Part shown: positions 52,352 to 63,799 of the stretch, one piece after another
Layout of the letters: each line of letters opens with the position of its first letter
How positions within the stretch are numbered: the stretch's first letter is position 1
Origin: Mobula hypostoma
Lineage: Eukaryota
Length of the DNA stretch: 64,000 nt
Direction: 5' to 3'
Assembly: GCF_963921235.1 (NCBI RefSeq)
Contig: NC_086097.1
Span: 88,042,001-88,106,000 of the forward strand
Program-made: the position numbers and the translations under genes
The notes under the pieces: model-generated
Told to the model about the DNA's origin: nothing
What the model saw: the letters and a program-made list of their open reading frames with translations, nothing else
Databases searched by the model: none

Positions 52352-52695
52352 TAAACAGAAAAGATTTTGTGGGTGCTGCAAATCCAGAGCAACACACACA
52401 AAATGCTGGAGGAACTCAGCCGGTCAGGCAGCATCCATGGAACTGAATAAACAGTCCACGTTTCAGGCTGAGACCCTTCTTCAGGATTGGAAAGGAAGGG
52501 AGTAGATACCAGCATAAGAATGTATTGGAGGGGAAGGAGCACAGGCTAGAAAATGATAGGTGAAGTCAGGTGGGTGGAGGAGGGGGGGATGAAGTATTTA
52601 GCTGGGAGGTTATAGGTGGAAAAGTTAAAGGGCTGAAGAAGGAATCGGATAGGAGAGGAGGGTTCACCGTGGGAGAAAGGAAAGGTGGAGGGCAC
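52352..52695 (-). mobile_element. Penelope-like terminal-repeat fragment inside an old CR1 3' fragment
   Basis: AACACACACAAAATGCTGGAGGAACTCAGC...GAGACCCTTCTTCAGGA plus a purine-rich UTR. Confidence 0.75.
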
Positions 52696-53214
52696 TTCGT
52701 GCTACCTATGCCATTTATGTAATTCTACCCAATTGCTGATTTAGCGCCCAGTGCTGCAGAGAAAACAGTCTAAATGTGTTCAGCTTCTCTAGATATGTAA
52801 TACACTACACCATCAACTGTAAGCTCTACCTAAGAGAATAGCTAGAACCTTGATTTATTATACTTTCCAATAGGGCAGCGGTCCCTCAGTGCAATAGCAG
52901 ACTAGATTTTTTTTTATCACTAACTTACTTCAAAGTGGGAAGTTTGTGATTTTCTTATGCTGGCTGAACAATGCTTTTAACTGAGCCGCATCTGATATTT
53001 ATTGAAATGAGGGTCTCTGTTAAATAGGCAGTGAAGTTTTATTTGATCTGAAGAGTGAAATGTATGGAACTTGACCTCCAAATAGTGACAATGGTACTCA
53101 AGGCACTTGGAATTCTTCATTAAGTCTATATTATAAGGGGTGTAATTCAATTAGTAGTATTCTTACTTATGAATCAGAAAACCTTTGATTCAAGCTGCAC
53201 TCCAGATTCTTGAG

Positions 53215-54010
53215 AATCAGAATCAGGCTTCAAATCACTGCCATATGTCATGAAATTTGTTGCTTTACAGCAGCAGTACACTGCAACACATAATAATAAA
53301 AAACTATAAATTAAAGCAAGAAATATATATATATATTAAATAAGTAGTGCAACAAGAGAGCAAAAAATAGTGAGGTACTGTTCGCGGCTTCATTGTCCAT
53401 TCAGGAATCTGATGGCAGAGGAGAAGAAGCTGTTCTTGATATATTGAGTTTGTGTCTTCAGGCTCCTGAACCCCCTCCTTGATGGTAGCAGTGAGAGGAG
53501 GGCATGTCCTAGGTGGTGGGGGACCTTAATGATGGATGCCGCCTTTTTGAGGCGTCACCTTTTGAAGGTGTCCTCGATGCTGTGGAGGCTAGTGCCCATG
53601 ATGGAGCTGGCTGAGCTTACAACCCTCTGCAGCTTTTTCCAATTCTGCGCTGTGGCCCAACCAGTTAGAATGCTCTCCACGGTACATCTGTGGTAATTTG
53701 CATGAGTCTTTGGTGGCATATCAAGTCTCTCCAAACTCCCAATGAAATAAGGTTGCTGTTGTAATTGCATCAGTACGTTGGGCCCAGGATGCATCTTCAG
53801 AGAGGTTGACACCCAGGAACTTGAAGCTACTCATCCTTTCCACTGCTGATCCTTCGATGTGTGCTCCCTCGACTTCCCCTTCCTAAAGTCCACAATCAGT
53901 TTCTTGATCTTATTGATGTTGGTTGTTGCAGCATCCCTCAGCCAGCTGATCTACCTCACTCCTGTACGCTGCCTTGATAGCATCTGAAATTCTGCCAACA
54001 ATAGCAGCAA
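53215..54010 (-). mobile_element. Rex1/Babar LINE 3' fragment
   Basis: ORF 53555..53812 PKTHANYHRCTVESILTG..KKLQRVV; GAATCA tandem tail on the + strand. Confidence 0.85.
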
Positions 54011-54713
54011 AATCTCACTCAATACACTGCATGTGGGGAATTATTTTAGATGAATCCTATTGAATCCTGTTTCATTTGAACTGACAAGGGGTAAGAGGTG
54101 TCTTTTATTCTAGATAACGTATCACTCTCAAGACCTGGACATAAAATGGAAGTTAAATCATCGTAGGATATCCTTGCGTAACCAATGTAAATTTAAAGAA
54201 AAGCATAGCGTTTGAAGATGCTGCACAAAATTCATGTTCTGCTTGGCAACACTGATGCACTGAGGCATGGGCTACCTGCAGTAGGCTGTTCAAAGCAAGG
54301 AACAGATGCCATCAATGATATCTCCACTTCCGAGTCCACCAGTAGGTCAATCACCATCATCTTCATCTCCCAGGCCAACAGCTTTAGCATTGAGGCTATA
54401 ACTACATTTAACTGATGGAGGGCAGATGCCCATACTGGATTCCTGAAATGGAAACTTTGCTTGTCCATTTGTATGTAAGCATTTGTGTAGCTATGTTTAC
54501 AGGGGCCTTGCACTCATATACTAGTTATATTTCAAAAACAAATATATAGAGGATCAAAAACATCTATTTCCCTTCAGTCATTCTGTTCTTGAACCTGCTG
54601 GCAAAAGCCTAACTTAAATAAAAACCCAGTTTAGGAACTCACAACCTTTTTGATGACTTTGCACTAAAATTAGCATTGTTTTTTGTTTGTGTTCTAGTTC
54701 TGTTCTTTCATGC

Positions 54714-55385
54714 TTAGGAGGGGAGGAGAAGATGGCGGTGCGGTGCAGCGCGCGCGGCCGCTCTGAAATGATATCGTATTTGTTAAATATGATTTGTGCA
54801 CAATCCTGATTTGATGGAGACAGACGTGAGAAGCACGGAGGAATATCCGGAGAAACTTCTGAAATGCCTGCTTCGTTGCTACTGTGCGATCGAGAATCTC
54901 CGGAGGGGAAGGCCCCAAATCCTCGGCTTTGCCTATTGCCTGTTGCCAGTGCTGGGGTCGAAGCACTCGGCAGAGATGGTGCTCGGTGTCAGAGGGCTGG
55001 TCAGAGGCCTGAAGTTTTCGGACGAACTCAATAGTGGGCTGTGCTCGGGTGCTTCCAGGGTGCTGCATCGGCAAGTTTGCAGCGCTGGAGGTTCATGGCA
55101 AGGAGAGTTTCTCCTTTCTACTGTCTGCGTGAGATAATGGGACTTTCGAGAGACTTTGAGACTTTTTTTTACCATGCCCATAGTCTGTTCTTCATCAAAT
55201 TACACTATTGCTTTGCATTGTTGTAACTATATGTCATAATTATGTGGTTTTTGTCAGTTTTTTTTAGTCTTGGTTTGTCTTGTGTTTCTGTGATATCATT
55301 CTGGAGGAACATTGTAACATCTCTTAATGCATGCATTACTAAATGACAATAAAAGAGGACTGCGTGTCCTCATAATCTAATCTAA
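54714..55385 (+). mobile_element. Apparently full-length non-coding retroposon (AAGATGGCGG head, (TAATC)n tail)
   Basis: 6-bp TSD TCATGC at 54708-54713 and 55386-55391; GC-rich head; AATGACAATAAAAG then AATCTAATCTAA. Confidence 0.8.
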
Positions 55386-55604
55386 TCATGCAAAAAACAA
55401 TGTAAAATTTATGTTTACGTTTCTCTTATGAATGCTGTGTATATAATGTTATGTTCAAAGTTCTAAAAGTTTAAAGTAATTTTATTATCAAAGTACATAT
55501 ATGTCACTGTATACAACCCTGAGATTCATTTTCTTGTAGGCATACACAGTAAATACAAAGAAACACAATACGATCATTGAATTGCCACACCCAAAAAGAT
55601 GGAC

Positions 55605-56511
55605 ATCTTTCTCTCTTTCACCCATGACTGTCTAACAAGGCACAACTCAAATGCCATCTATAAAATGCCGATGACACAACCTTTTTGACTGAATCTCATT
55701 TGATGACAAAGAGGTGTACAGGAGTGAGATAGATTAGCTTTTTGAGTGGTGTCACAAGAAACACCTTGCACTTAACTTAGTAAGACCAAGGATTTGAATG
55801 TGGTCTTCAAGAATGGGGAACTGAGGAAACACACAACAGTCCTTATCGAAGGATCAGCAGCGGAAAAAGTGAGAGGTGTCACATTCCTGGGTGTCAACAT
55901 CTCTGAAAATCCATCCCCAGCCCAACATGTTAATACAATTTCAAAGAAGGTATAAAAGCAGCTATATTTCATTAAGAGTTTGAGGAGACTCTCACAAATT
56001 TCTACAGATGTACCAGGGAGAGCATTCTAACTGGTTGCATCACCATCTGATATAGAGGGGCCACGGCACAGGATCTGGAAAAAGCTGCAGTAAGTTGTAA
56101 ACTCAGATAGCTCCATTATGGGCACTATCCTCCCCAGCATTGATGACATCTTTAAAAGTCGATGCCTCCAAAAGGTGATATCCATCTTTAGGGAACCCCA
56201 TCACCCAAGACATGCCCTCTTCTCATTGCTATCATCAAGGAGGAGGCTCAGTATCCTGAGGATACACACTCACATTCCAGGTAACAGCTTCTTCCCTTCT
56301 GCCATCAGATTTCTGAATAGACAATGAATCCATGAACCATAAACCTTCCTGTTTTTATTTCTTTTTTTTGTTCTCTTTTTGCACTACTTATTTAACTTTA
56401 ATATATATTTCTTATTGTAGTTATGGTTCTTAAATTATTATGTATTGCAATGTACTGCTGCTACAAAACAACATATTTTACGACCTATGCCAGTGGTAAT
56501 AAACCTGATTC
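55605..56511 (+). mobile_element. Rex1/Babar LINE 3' fragment
   Basis: ORF 56118..56327 LPSIDDIFKSRC..HPRHALFSLL..NSFFPSAIRFLN; ends in AATAAACCTGATTC. Confidence 0.85.
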
Positions 56512-56548
56512 TGCTACCTGTGGTATGTTGTGCCGTATGTGTATGATA

Positions 56549-57437
56549 CACTGAACAGCTTCCTGAATACTTTTGAGGGTACCTTATGGATTTTGGGCTG
56601 CTGATTATGAAAAATTTCCATTATTTCAATTCAAGTCCAATTCAATTAAAATGTTGGCCACAATGTAATCTGTAACGTTGTCTATCTTGTCCAGGCATGC
56701 TTGGGCATGCTTAGGCATGGCAGGACAGGGTTTGAAAAAGCTATAAATTTCCATGAAGGATTTCAATATTTGAGACAGGTGTTTCCCAGAATGACTGATG
56801 CCAAGATTAAGAAAGGCATTTTTGTTGGTCCACAAATCAAGCACGTCATCAATGACAGGCAATTTGAAGAACTTCTAGTGGGACCAGAGAAAATCACATG
56901 GAATGTATTCAAGGATGTTGTTGAACATTTTCTTGGCAACTACAGAGCAACAAACTATGTGCAGCTGGTTGACAACATGCTTCAACCATGCAAAACCATG
57001 AAGTATGACAGGTCACTAAAGATTCACTTTCTACATTCCCATTTAGACTTCTTCCCTGCGATCCTTCGCACTGTCAGTAACAAGCATGGTGAAAGGTTTC
57101 ACAAGGACATTGTGGTCATGGAGAAACAGTATCAGGGCAAATTGAATCCATCAATGCTGGCTTATTATTGAGGGACACTGGAGCGAGAAGCCTCAGAGGG
57201 ATTACAAATGAAAATCATCAACGTAACATTTTTAGCTTAGTTGAACTATTGCAAAGCATCAGCTCTGTTATGAAATTAAACACATTCTATTCAATACAAG
57301 TTAATTTATTGTTTCTGCAAATTCCTACGTGATGCAAGTAGTCTGAAATTATATTTGTGTTCAGTTTCAAGCGATATATCATAAAAGAAAATTCTGAGGT
57401 GAAGAAGCAACACTTTCAAAAAAATGTATTGTCCAGA
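56549..57437 (+). mobile_element. Chapaev3-like DNA transposon, internally deleted, with transposase C-terminus
   Basis: ORF 56701..57171 KIKKGIFVGPQIK..FLGNYRATNY..SLKIHFLHSHLDFFP..HGERFHKDI..MEKQYQG; CACTGAACA left end, TTGTCCAG degenerate right end. Confidence 0.75.
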
Positions 57438-57666
57438 CTGATTTTGCATGATTAAGCCTGTGCAATCACTAGACCGTCCTGGGCAATGTTATCCACAGGG
57501 TTACATTGGAGACATTAGCCAATAAGATGGCTTAAGCTCTGGAGTATTCAAAGAATGTGCTCACTTAACTGTTGATATAAGTGATAGATACGAGAACAGT
57601 CATCCTTCGGAATAGAATGGCTTTGGATTTTCCATTTGCAGAGAAAGGAGGCACCTATCCCATTAC

Positions 57667-59120
57667 TGTCATAGTCCGGTCCGTGAAGTCCGTATTCCGG
57701 TTCACGGTCCAGTCCATCGACCCTTGCTCCAGGTTTTCCTATCTACTCTGTTTCTGTCCTTGTTGAACTAATTGAGTCAGCTGATGCTCGTTGGGGCTGG
57801 CTGCATAAATACCTTCAGAGACCAGGGTGTGGCTGCTGGATTGTTCTTGTCCTTACTCTTTGTATCCCTTCCTCTGCCTTCTGTTTCCTCTCCCGTAACC
57901 CTCGCCTCGTCTTGCCTGCAGTCTTGTCCTGGAGCCACCCTGTTCCTAGCTCCCTTCCTGTCCCTTGCCTCCGCCCAGGTAAGCCAGGCCATCTTGCTGT
58001 TACTTGGGGTTGGTTCTGTCCCTTCCTGTTCCTTGCCTCTGTCGGATGGTTATCCGCACCCTGCCCCGGAGGAGCCAAGTCTCAAGTCTCCAGCCTTGCC
58101 TCACCTCAAGTCTCCAGCCTCCAGCCTCGCCTCGCTTCAACTCTCCAGCCTCCAGCCTCACCTCAAGCCTCCAGCCTCGCCTCAAGTCTCCTGCCTCCAG
58201 CCTCGCCTCGTCTCCTGCCTCCAGCCTCGCCTCGTCTCCTGCCTCCAGCCTCGCCTCGTCTCCTGCCTCCAGCCTCCAGCCTCGCCTCAAGTCTCCTGCC
58301 TCCAGCCTCCAGCCTCGCCTCAAGTCTCCTGTCTCCTGCCTCCTGCCTCCAGCCTCGCCTCAAGTCTCCAGTCTCCAGCCTCGCCTCAAGTCTCCTGCCT
58401 CCAGTCTCCAGCCTCGCCTCAAGTCTCCTGCCTCCAGTCTCCAGCCTAGCCTCAAGTCTCCTGCCTCCAGCCTCCAGCCTTACCTCAAGTCTCCTGCCTC
58501 CAGCCTCCAGCCTCGCCTCGTCTCCTGCCTCCAGCCTCCAGCATCACCTCAACTCTCCTGCCTTCAACCTCCAGCCTCGCCTCAAGTCTCCAGCCTCCAG
58601 TCTCCAGCCTCGCCTCAAGTCTCCTGCCTCCAGCCTCGCCTCAAGTCTCCAGCCTCCAGTCTCCAGCCTCGCCTCAAGTCTCTAGCCTCTAGCCTCCTAC
58701 CAAGCCAAGCCAAGTCTCTAGCCTCTAGCCTCTTGCCAAGCCAAGTCTCTAGCCTCTAGCCTCCTGCCAAGCCAAGCCAAGTCTCTAGCCTCTAGCCTCT
58801 TGCCAAGCCAAGTCTCTAGCCTCTAGCCTCAAGCTTCAAGCCTGTAGATTTCTGCCTCGTCCTGCTTGCCTGCCTGCCAAGCCTCATCCTTGCCTAGTTC
58901 TGGGTCCCCAGCCAGAGGTAAGACCCAGGTGCTGGGTCCTTGTCCAGTCCCTGGCTCGGAGTCCAAGCCTGGGCTCCTCGCTCCCTTGTTCAGACCCGTT
59001 CCAGGTTCCTGGTTTTCCTGTCCATGTCCTTGCCATCACCCTGTATCCTAGTCCTGTCCCTAGTACTTCAGTGTCTGTGTCTTGCACTTGGGTCCGTTCC
59101 CAGCCACCACCCTTATGACA
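57667..59120 (+). mobile_element. Solo LTR (1454 bp) with an expanded internal minisatellite; related to 46765-48153
   Basis: TGTCAT...ATGACA termini; 5-bp TSD ATTAC (57662-57666, 59121-59125); 58890-59095 is homologous to the reverse complement of 46795-47065. Confidence 0.88.
58075..58835. repeat. Complex minisatellite built from CTCCAGC / CTCGC / CTCAAGT / CTCCTGC / CTCTAGC units
   Basis: Direct reading; explains the repetitive Ser/Pro/Leu/Gln ORFs. Confidence 0.95.
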
Positions 59121-59619
59121 ATTACACACTGGGAGGCAATTGATGACCCTTGGGAGTGCTAGGAGGCTGGTGGGGTATCGTACTGCACTGAGGTGTTACT
59201 GGAGCCATTTTGCTATTCTAATAAGTAGATTTATGATTTGTTTGTAATATAGTGGGGTGTCCATGGGGTTGTATCGAAGCCTGCCAGCTGGATGTAATGG
59301 GGTTGTGACATTCGAGGGGTAGAATCTATTGTAAAGATTTAATCTTTGAAAGTGTCAAATGTCTTCACCACCATGGCTTTCGAATGCAATATTACTGTGA
59401 AATTATGACTGTGAGAACATGGAAGTTTGGTGAACACAGGGGTGGGACTCATGGCAAGTGGTGGCAGGTGACGATTGGTTTGGTGGTTTCACTGGTCCAC
59501 TTACTGCAGCATTTCATATCAGTGGAGTGGGCGTTCAAGCAGAGTGGTCTGAGAGCGCGAAGGAATTTCACCAGGGTCTCACTGACAGGCTGGATTGTGA
59601 AAGGTGCCGCAGATTCGAA

Positions 59620-61265
59620 TATGAATACCTGAATATTGTCAAGTCTACTGTCTCGAAGCAGTTCAGTAAGCAGTCTCCACCTCCCTTGGCCATGCCTTCT
59701 TTGTCGTCACCACTGGTGCTGCGGTCTTTAGTCTTTTCCTGTACACCTGGAATAGAAGTACAGACCGGTAATCAGATTTTCTAAAATGTGGGCATGGGAT
59801 GGCATGGCAAGCACTCTTTTTGTTAACATAACAGTGGTCAAGTGTGTCGACTCCTGTTATGGTAGTTGTTCAAAGACTTCTTCAAGCTGGCCTGTGTGAA
59901 TTCCCCTGCAATGATAGGAACAACATCAGGGTGCACTGTTTCGTGTCTGCTGATCATGGTGCTCAGTTCCTACTGTGCCAGACATGGAATATACACTGGT
60001 ACCAGATTCACAAACGAGAAAATCAGCAGATGCTAGAAATCTGAGTAAAACACGCAAATTGCTGGAGGAACTCAGCAGGCCAGGCAGCATCTAGGAAAAG
60101 AGTACAGTCGACGTTTCGGGCAGAAATCCTTTGGTCAGACTGCTAAAGACCTCAGAGTGTAATGGAAGTACCAGAGGGACATCAAGGACCGCTACCAGAT
60201 CGATGGTGGAAAACTCATTTGGCAGATAAAATGGATGACATTTGACCTCTAGATGTTTCAGGTCATCTGAGCAGGATTGAGACAGGGCCACCATGTCCGT
60301 GCTCCACCATGAGTTAATCATGAAACCTACTCCACCACCTTTACTTTTAACACATGTAGCCCCCTGGTAAGCCTCAGGTTCGCTCAGGTCGCTTTCGTCT
60401 AGGGGGAGCAGCCTTCGGCCCCGCCAAACTGGGTAATCAAGTTTGTGTGGATGCTGTGTGATGTACCCCACCCCTCCAAATAACAGACAATACACCATAT
60501 GTGATTAAATGATTACACTTTATAGATCTTACTGGAACTATGTTATTAATAGAGATAAAATATAAAAGGAAAGTAAAAGGCACCAAACTTACCAAAGTTC
60601 AACCACTTCATGCACAACAGTTGGAGCTCAATTAATGGAGTCTTCTTTCCATCATTCGATCCCCTTCGACCTCCTCGACCCGCCACCTGGGACCAACCAC
60701 GGTGGTCGACCAGACACTCCACGAGTCTGTCTGCGTCTCCTCTCCTCGCCGAAGACCCTGAGCCTCGGACTCCCGCTCGGGGTCCGTCCCGCCGTCCAGC
60801 TTACAGCATTGCATCTCCTCTGTCTGTCGCCATCGCCTTCTGCCTTAAAGCCCACAAAACAATAGCTTACAGACACACCAGAAAGAATAACATCTATCCC
60901 AGTTGGTTAGCAAATGAATACAATGCTCTTATCAGTAATATAACCCAAACAAGCCGTGAGAGAGAAGCACTTTCTCGGCAGTTAACATAACAAAGAAGCC
61001 ATTTTATTCTTGGCCTTAGCAGTAACATAAAAGAAGAAACCCCTTACACGCACTCAGCTTGCCTGCCTTTCTGGTGGATGCTGAAACTCTTGGGCCGCAG
61101 CGCTGTGCCCGCAGTGTTGAGGGCGAGCCATATTTCCATGAAGTAGAGACTGGTCTTTGATGTCCCTCTGGTACTGCAATTATGCTCTGAGGTCTTTGGT
61201 TTTATTTTCCAGAGACTGTACGATTGCCAGCAGGAGAGTCAGGAATGGAGGTCCCAGGGCCTCAT
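59620..61265 (-). mobile_element. Rex1/Babar LINE 5' region (APE endonuclease), interrupted by a PLE fragment (~60010-60145) and a solo LTR
   Basis: KSKGGGVGFMINSWW..CSDDLKHLEVKCHPFYLPNEFS (60180-60350); YRKRLKTAAPVV..W..CFETVD at ~59630-59745. Confidence 0.75.
60355..61048. mobile_element. Solo LTR (694 bp)
   Basis: TGTA...TACA termini; imperfect 4-bp TSD CACA/CGCA; interrupts the Rex1 APE coding sequence. Confidence 0.7.
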
Positions 61266-61269
61266 GTCA

Positions 61270-62690
61270 CAAACAAGAGAAAATCTGTAGATGCTGGAAA
61301 TCCAAGCAACACACAGAAAATGCTGGAGGAACTCAGCAGATCAGGCAGCATCTATGGAAAAGTGTACAGTCAACATTTTGGGCTGAGCCCCTTCGGCAGG
61401 ACTGGAGAAAAAAAAGCTAAGGAGTAGATTTCAAAGGTGGGGTAGGGGAGACAGAAACACAAGGTGATAGGTGAAACCTGAAGGGGGAGGGATGAAGTAA
61501 AGAGCTTGGAAGTTGATGGTGAAAGAGAAGATAGGAGGCCAAGGAAGGAAAAAAAGGGGGGGGGAGGAGGACCATAGGGAGTTGATGGGTGGGCAAGGAG
61601 ATGAGGTGAGAGGGAAAAAGGTGAAGGAGAGGGGAAGAGTGGGGGGCATTACCGGAAGTTCCAGAAATCGATGTTCATACCATTAGGTTGGAGGTTTCTC
61701 AAATGGAATATAAAGTGTTGTTCCTCCAACCGAAGTGTGGCCTCATCACGACAGTGGAGACCATGGATAGACATATCAGACTGGGAATGGGAAATGGGAT
61801 CAGCTGCATCTCTTCCATTTCACGCACGTCTATACTTACCCCATCCTCCCACCAGCCTAGAGTTCCTCTTGTCCTCTCCTACCACCCCACCAGCCTTCAT
61901 GTCCAGCACATAATTCTCCAAAACTTCCGCCATCTCCAATGGGATCCCATCACCAAGTACATCTATCCCTTCCCCTCACTTTCTGCTTTCCGCAGGGTTC
62001 ACTCCCTATGCGACTCCCTTGTCCATTTGTCCCTCCCCACTGATCTCCCTCCTAGTACTTATCCTTGCAAGCAGGACAAGTGCTACACTTGCCCCTACAC
62101 CTCCTCCCTCACTACCATTCAGGGCCCTAAACAGTCCTTCCAGGTGAGGTGACACTTCACCTGTGAGTCATATACTGTGCTCGGTGCCCCCAGTGTGGCC
62201 TCCTGTATATCAGTGAAACACGACACGGATTGGGAGACCGCTTCAATGAGCACCTACACTCTGTCCGCCAGAAAAAGCAGGATTTCCCAGTGGCTACCCA
62301 TTTTAATTCCACTTCCCATTCCCATTCCAATAAGTCTATCCGTGGTTTCCTCCACTGTCATGAAGAGGCCACACTCAGGTTGGAGGAACAACACCTTGTA
62401 TTCTGTCTGGGTAGCCGCCAACCTGATGGCATGAACATCGATTTCTCAAACATCCGGTAATGCCTCCCCCCTTCACCTTTCACCATTTCACTCTCTGATC
62501 TTATCTCCTTGGCCCCTCATCGACTCCCTCTGGTGCTCCTCGCCTCTTTTTCTTTCTTTCATGGTCTTCTTTCTCCTTCACCTATCGATTTCCAAGCTCT
62601 CTGCTTCATCCTGCCCCTTCAGTTTTCACCTATCATCTTGTGTTTCTCTCTCCCCTGCCCCCACCGTTTAAATCTACTCCTCAGCCCATT
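61270..62690. mobile_element. Penelope-like element, inverted arrangement (minus 61270-61800, plus 61800-62690) with GIY-YIG endonuclease region
   Basis: PLVLSYHP..ILQNFRHLQ.DP..AFRR..SL.DSLV..PC..KCYTC; LYISET..LGDRFNEH..DFPVATHFNS..LEEQHLVFCLG..PDGMNIDF. Confidence 0.88.
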
Positions 62691-63799
62691 TGTCACAGTG
62701 GAGGAGCAACTCGCGAGCACATAGGATGTCTCAATACTATCTCATGCAGAGATAGGCCTGTTACACTGCTTGGAGTACAGCATATTGTCTTAGGAACCAG
62801 TTGAAGCACCTCTAGCCTCTTTATTGCAGGTTCCTCATACAATTTAGCCAAACAATTTTTCAGGTGCCATTTTGTCTTTTTACTGGTCCCATAGATTGAG
62901 GGATGGTACAGGCAGACTGTGGTGCTTATACTGCAAGGCTTTTCTTAACCCTCTTAACTGTAAAGCATAATATACTCCTGTATAGCATAATTTATATGAG
63001 TATTATAGCTTCATCTCTTTCTCTGTCTTTTTCGCTGTCTCTGTCTTTCTCTCTCCCCCTCCCACCCACACTACCATAGCATTCACATATTCACAGTCAT
63101 CTGCACTTTGAAATTCCTTTTCTTACTCACACTCACACTCTTTTCTTGGGACCCGGTCCACAGGTACACTCGCAGGACCCGAGCCCCCTGTACTCTCCCC
63201 ACCCTTTTTTTTTTTACTCCTGCGGCTTTCCTCCATTAACACCCGTTTCTCAATCTGTCGCCGACTAATGTGATCCATACCTTGACTACTCCAAGCGGCA
63301 GGAAATTTGATTTCCAACAGCCGTCTCAGTCCTTTACTCCAATATGGGCTGCCTCGGATCTGGGACTGATCAGCTACGAGGGCACAATTTCGTTCTCCCA
63401 TATAATGAAGTCTAGGATTAGCCATCCCGGTGGAACCTCCACTAACCGTAGTCACCCATTAACTAGGTTCCAACAACTTGTACTTGTTCATCAATCATAC
63501 TTTATTTACCTGGTGCACAAGGATAACAGCCTGGCCCCTATCAGCACAGTGCGCTGATGTCTGAACAAAGAAATGTCATTTTTAAACAGAAATTGTATAC
63601 AAATATTGATGCAATAGAAACTTTGTACACTTCTGAATCTCGACATTTGCATAGTTAAGTACCAATCATAATACATACATCAGGTATTAATAACCAATTA
63701 AATTCACATTAAAGGCAATAATACTTGAGAACCAGTAAAATAACTGCCCAATCGTAAGAGTTGCCCTAGAATCCTTCATTTCCATCTTCATTTTGTCTT

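Larger units (their letters stand above)
56512..59240 (+). pseudogene. Fragmented endogenous retrovirus env remnant (gamma-type TM with immunosuppressive-domain motif)
   Basis: CYLWYVVPY (56512-56538), RTVILRNRMALDFPFAEKGGT (~57593-57655) and LGVLGGWWGIVLH*GVTGAILLF (~59150-59218), in the correct env order across two insertions. Confidence 0.6.

Noticed and set aside
54232..54513. Possible minus-strand exon (TTTCAG|GAATCC...GCAG|GTAGCC)
   Set aside because: The donor is weak, the peptide is not recognisable, and there is no other support from sequence alone.
57772..58759. 225-257 aa ORFs in all three plus frames
   Set aside because: They are stop-free by-products of the CTCCAGC minisatellite inside a solo LTR.
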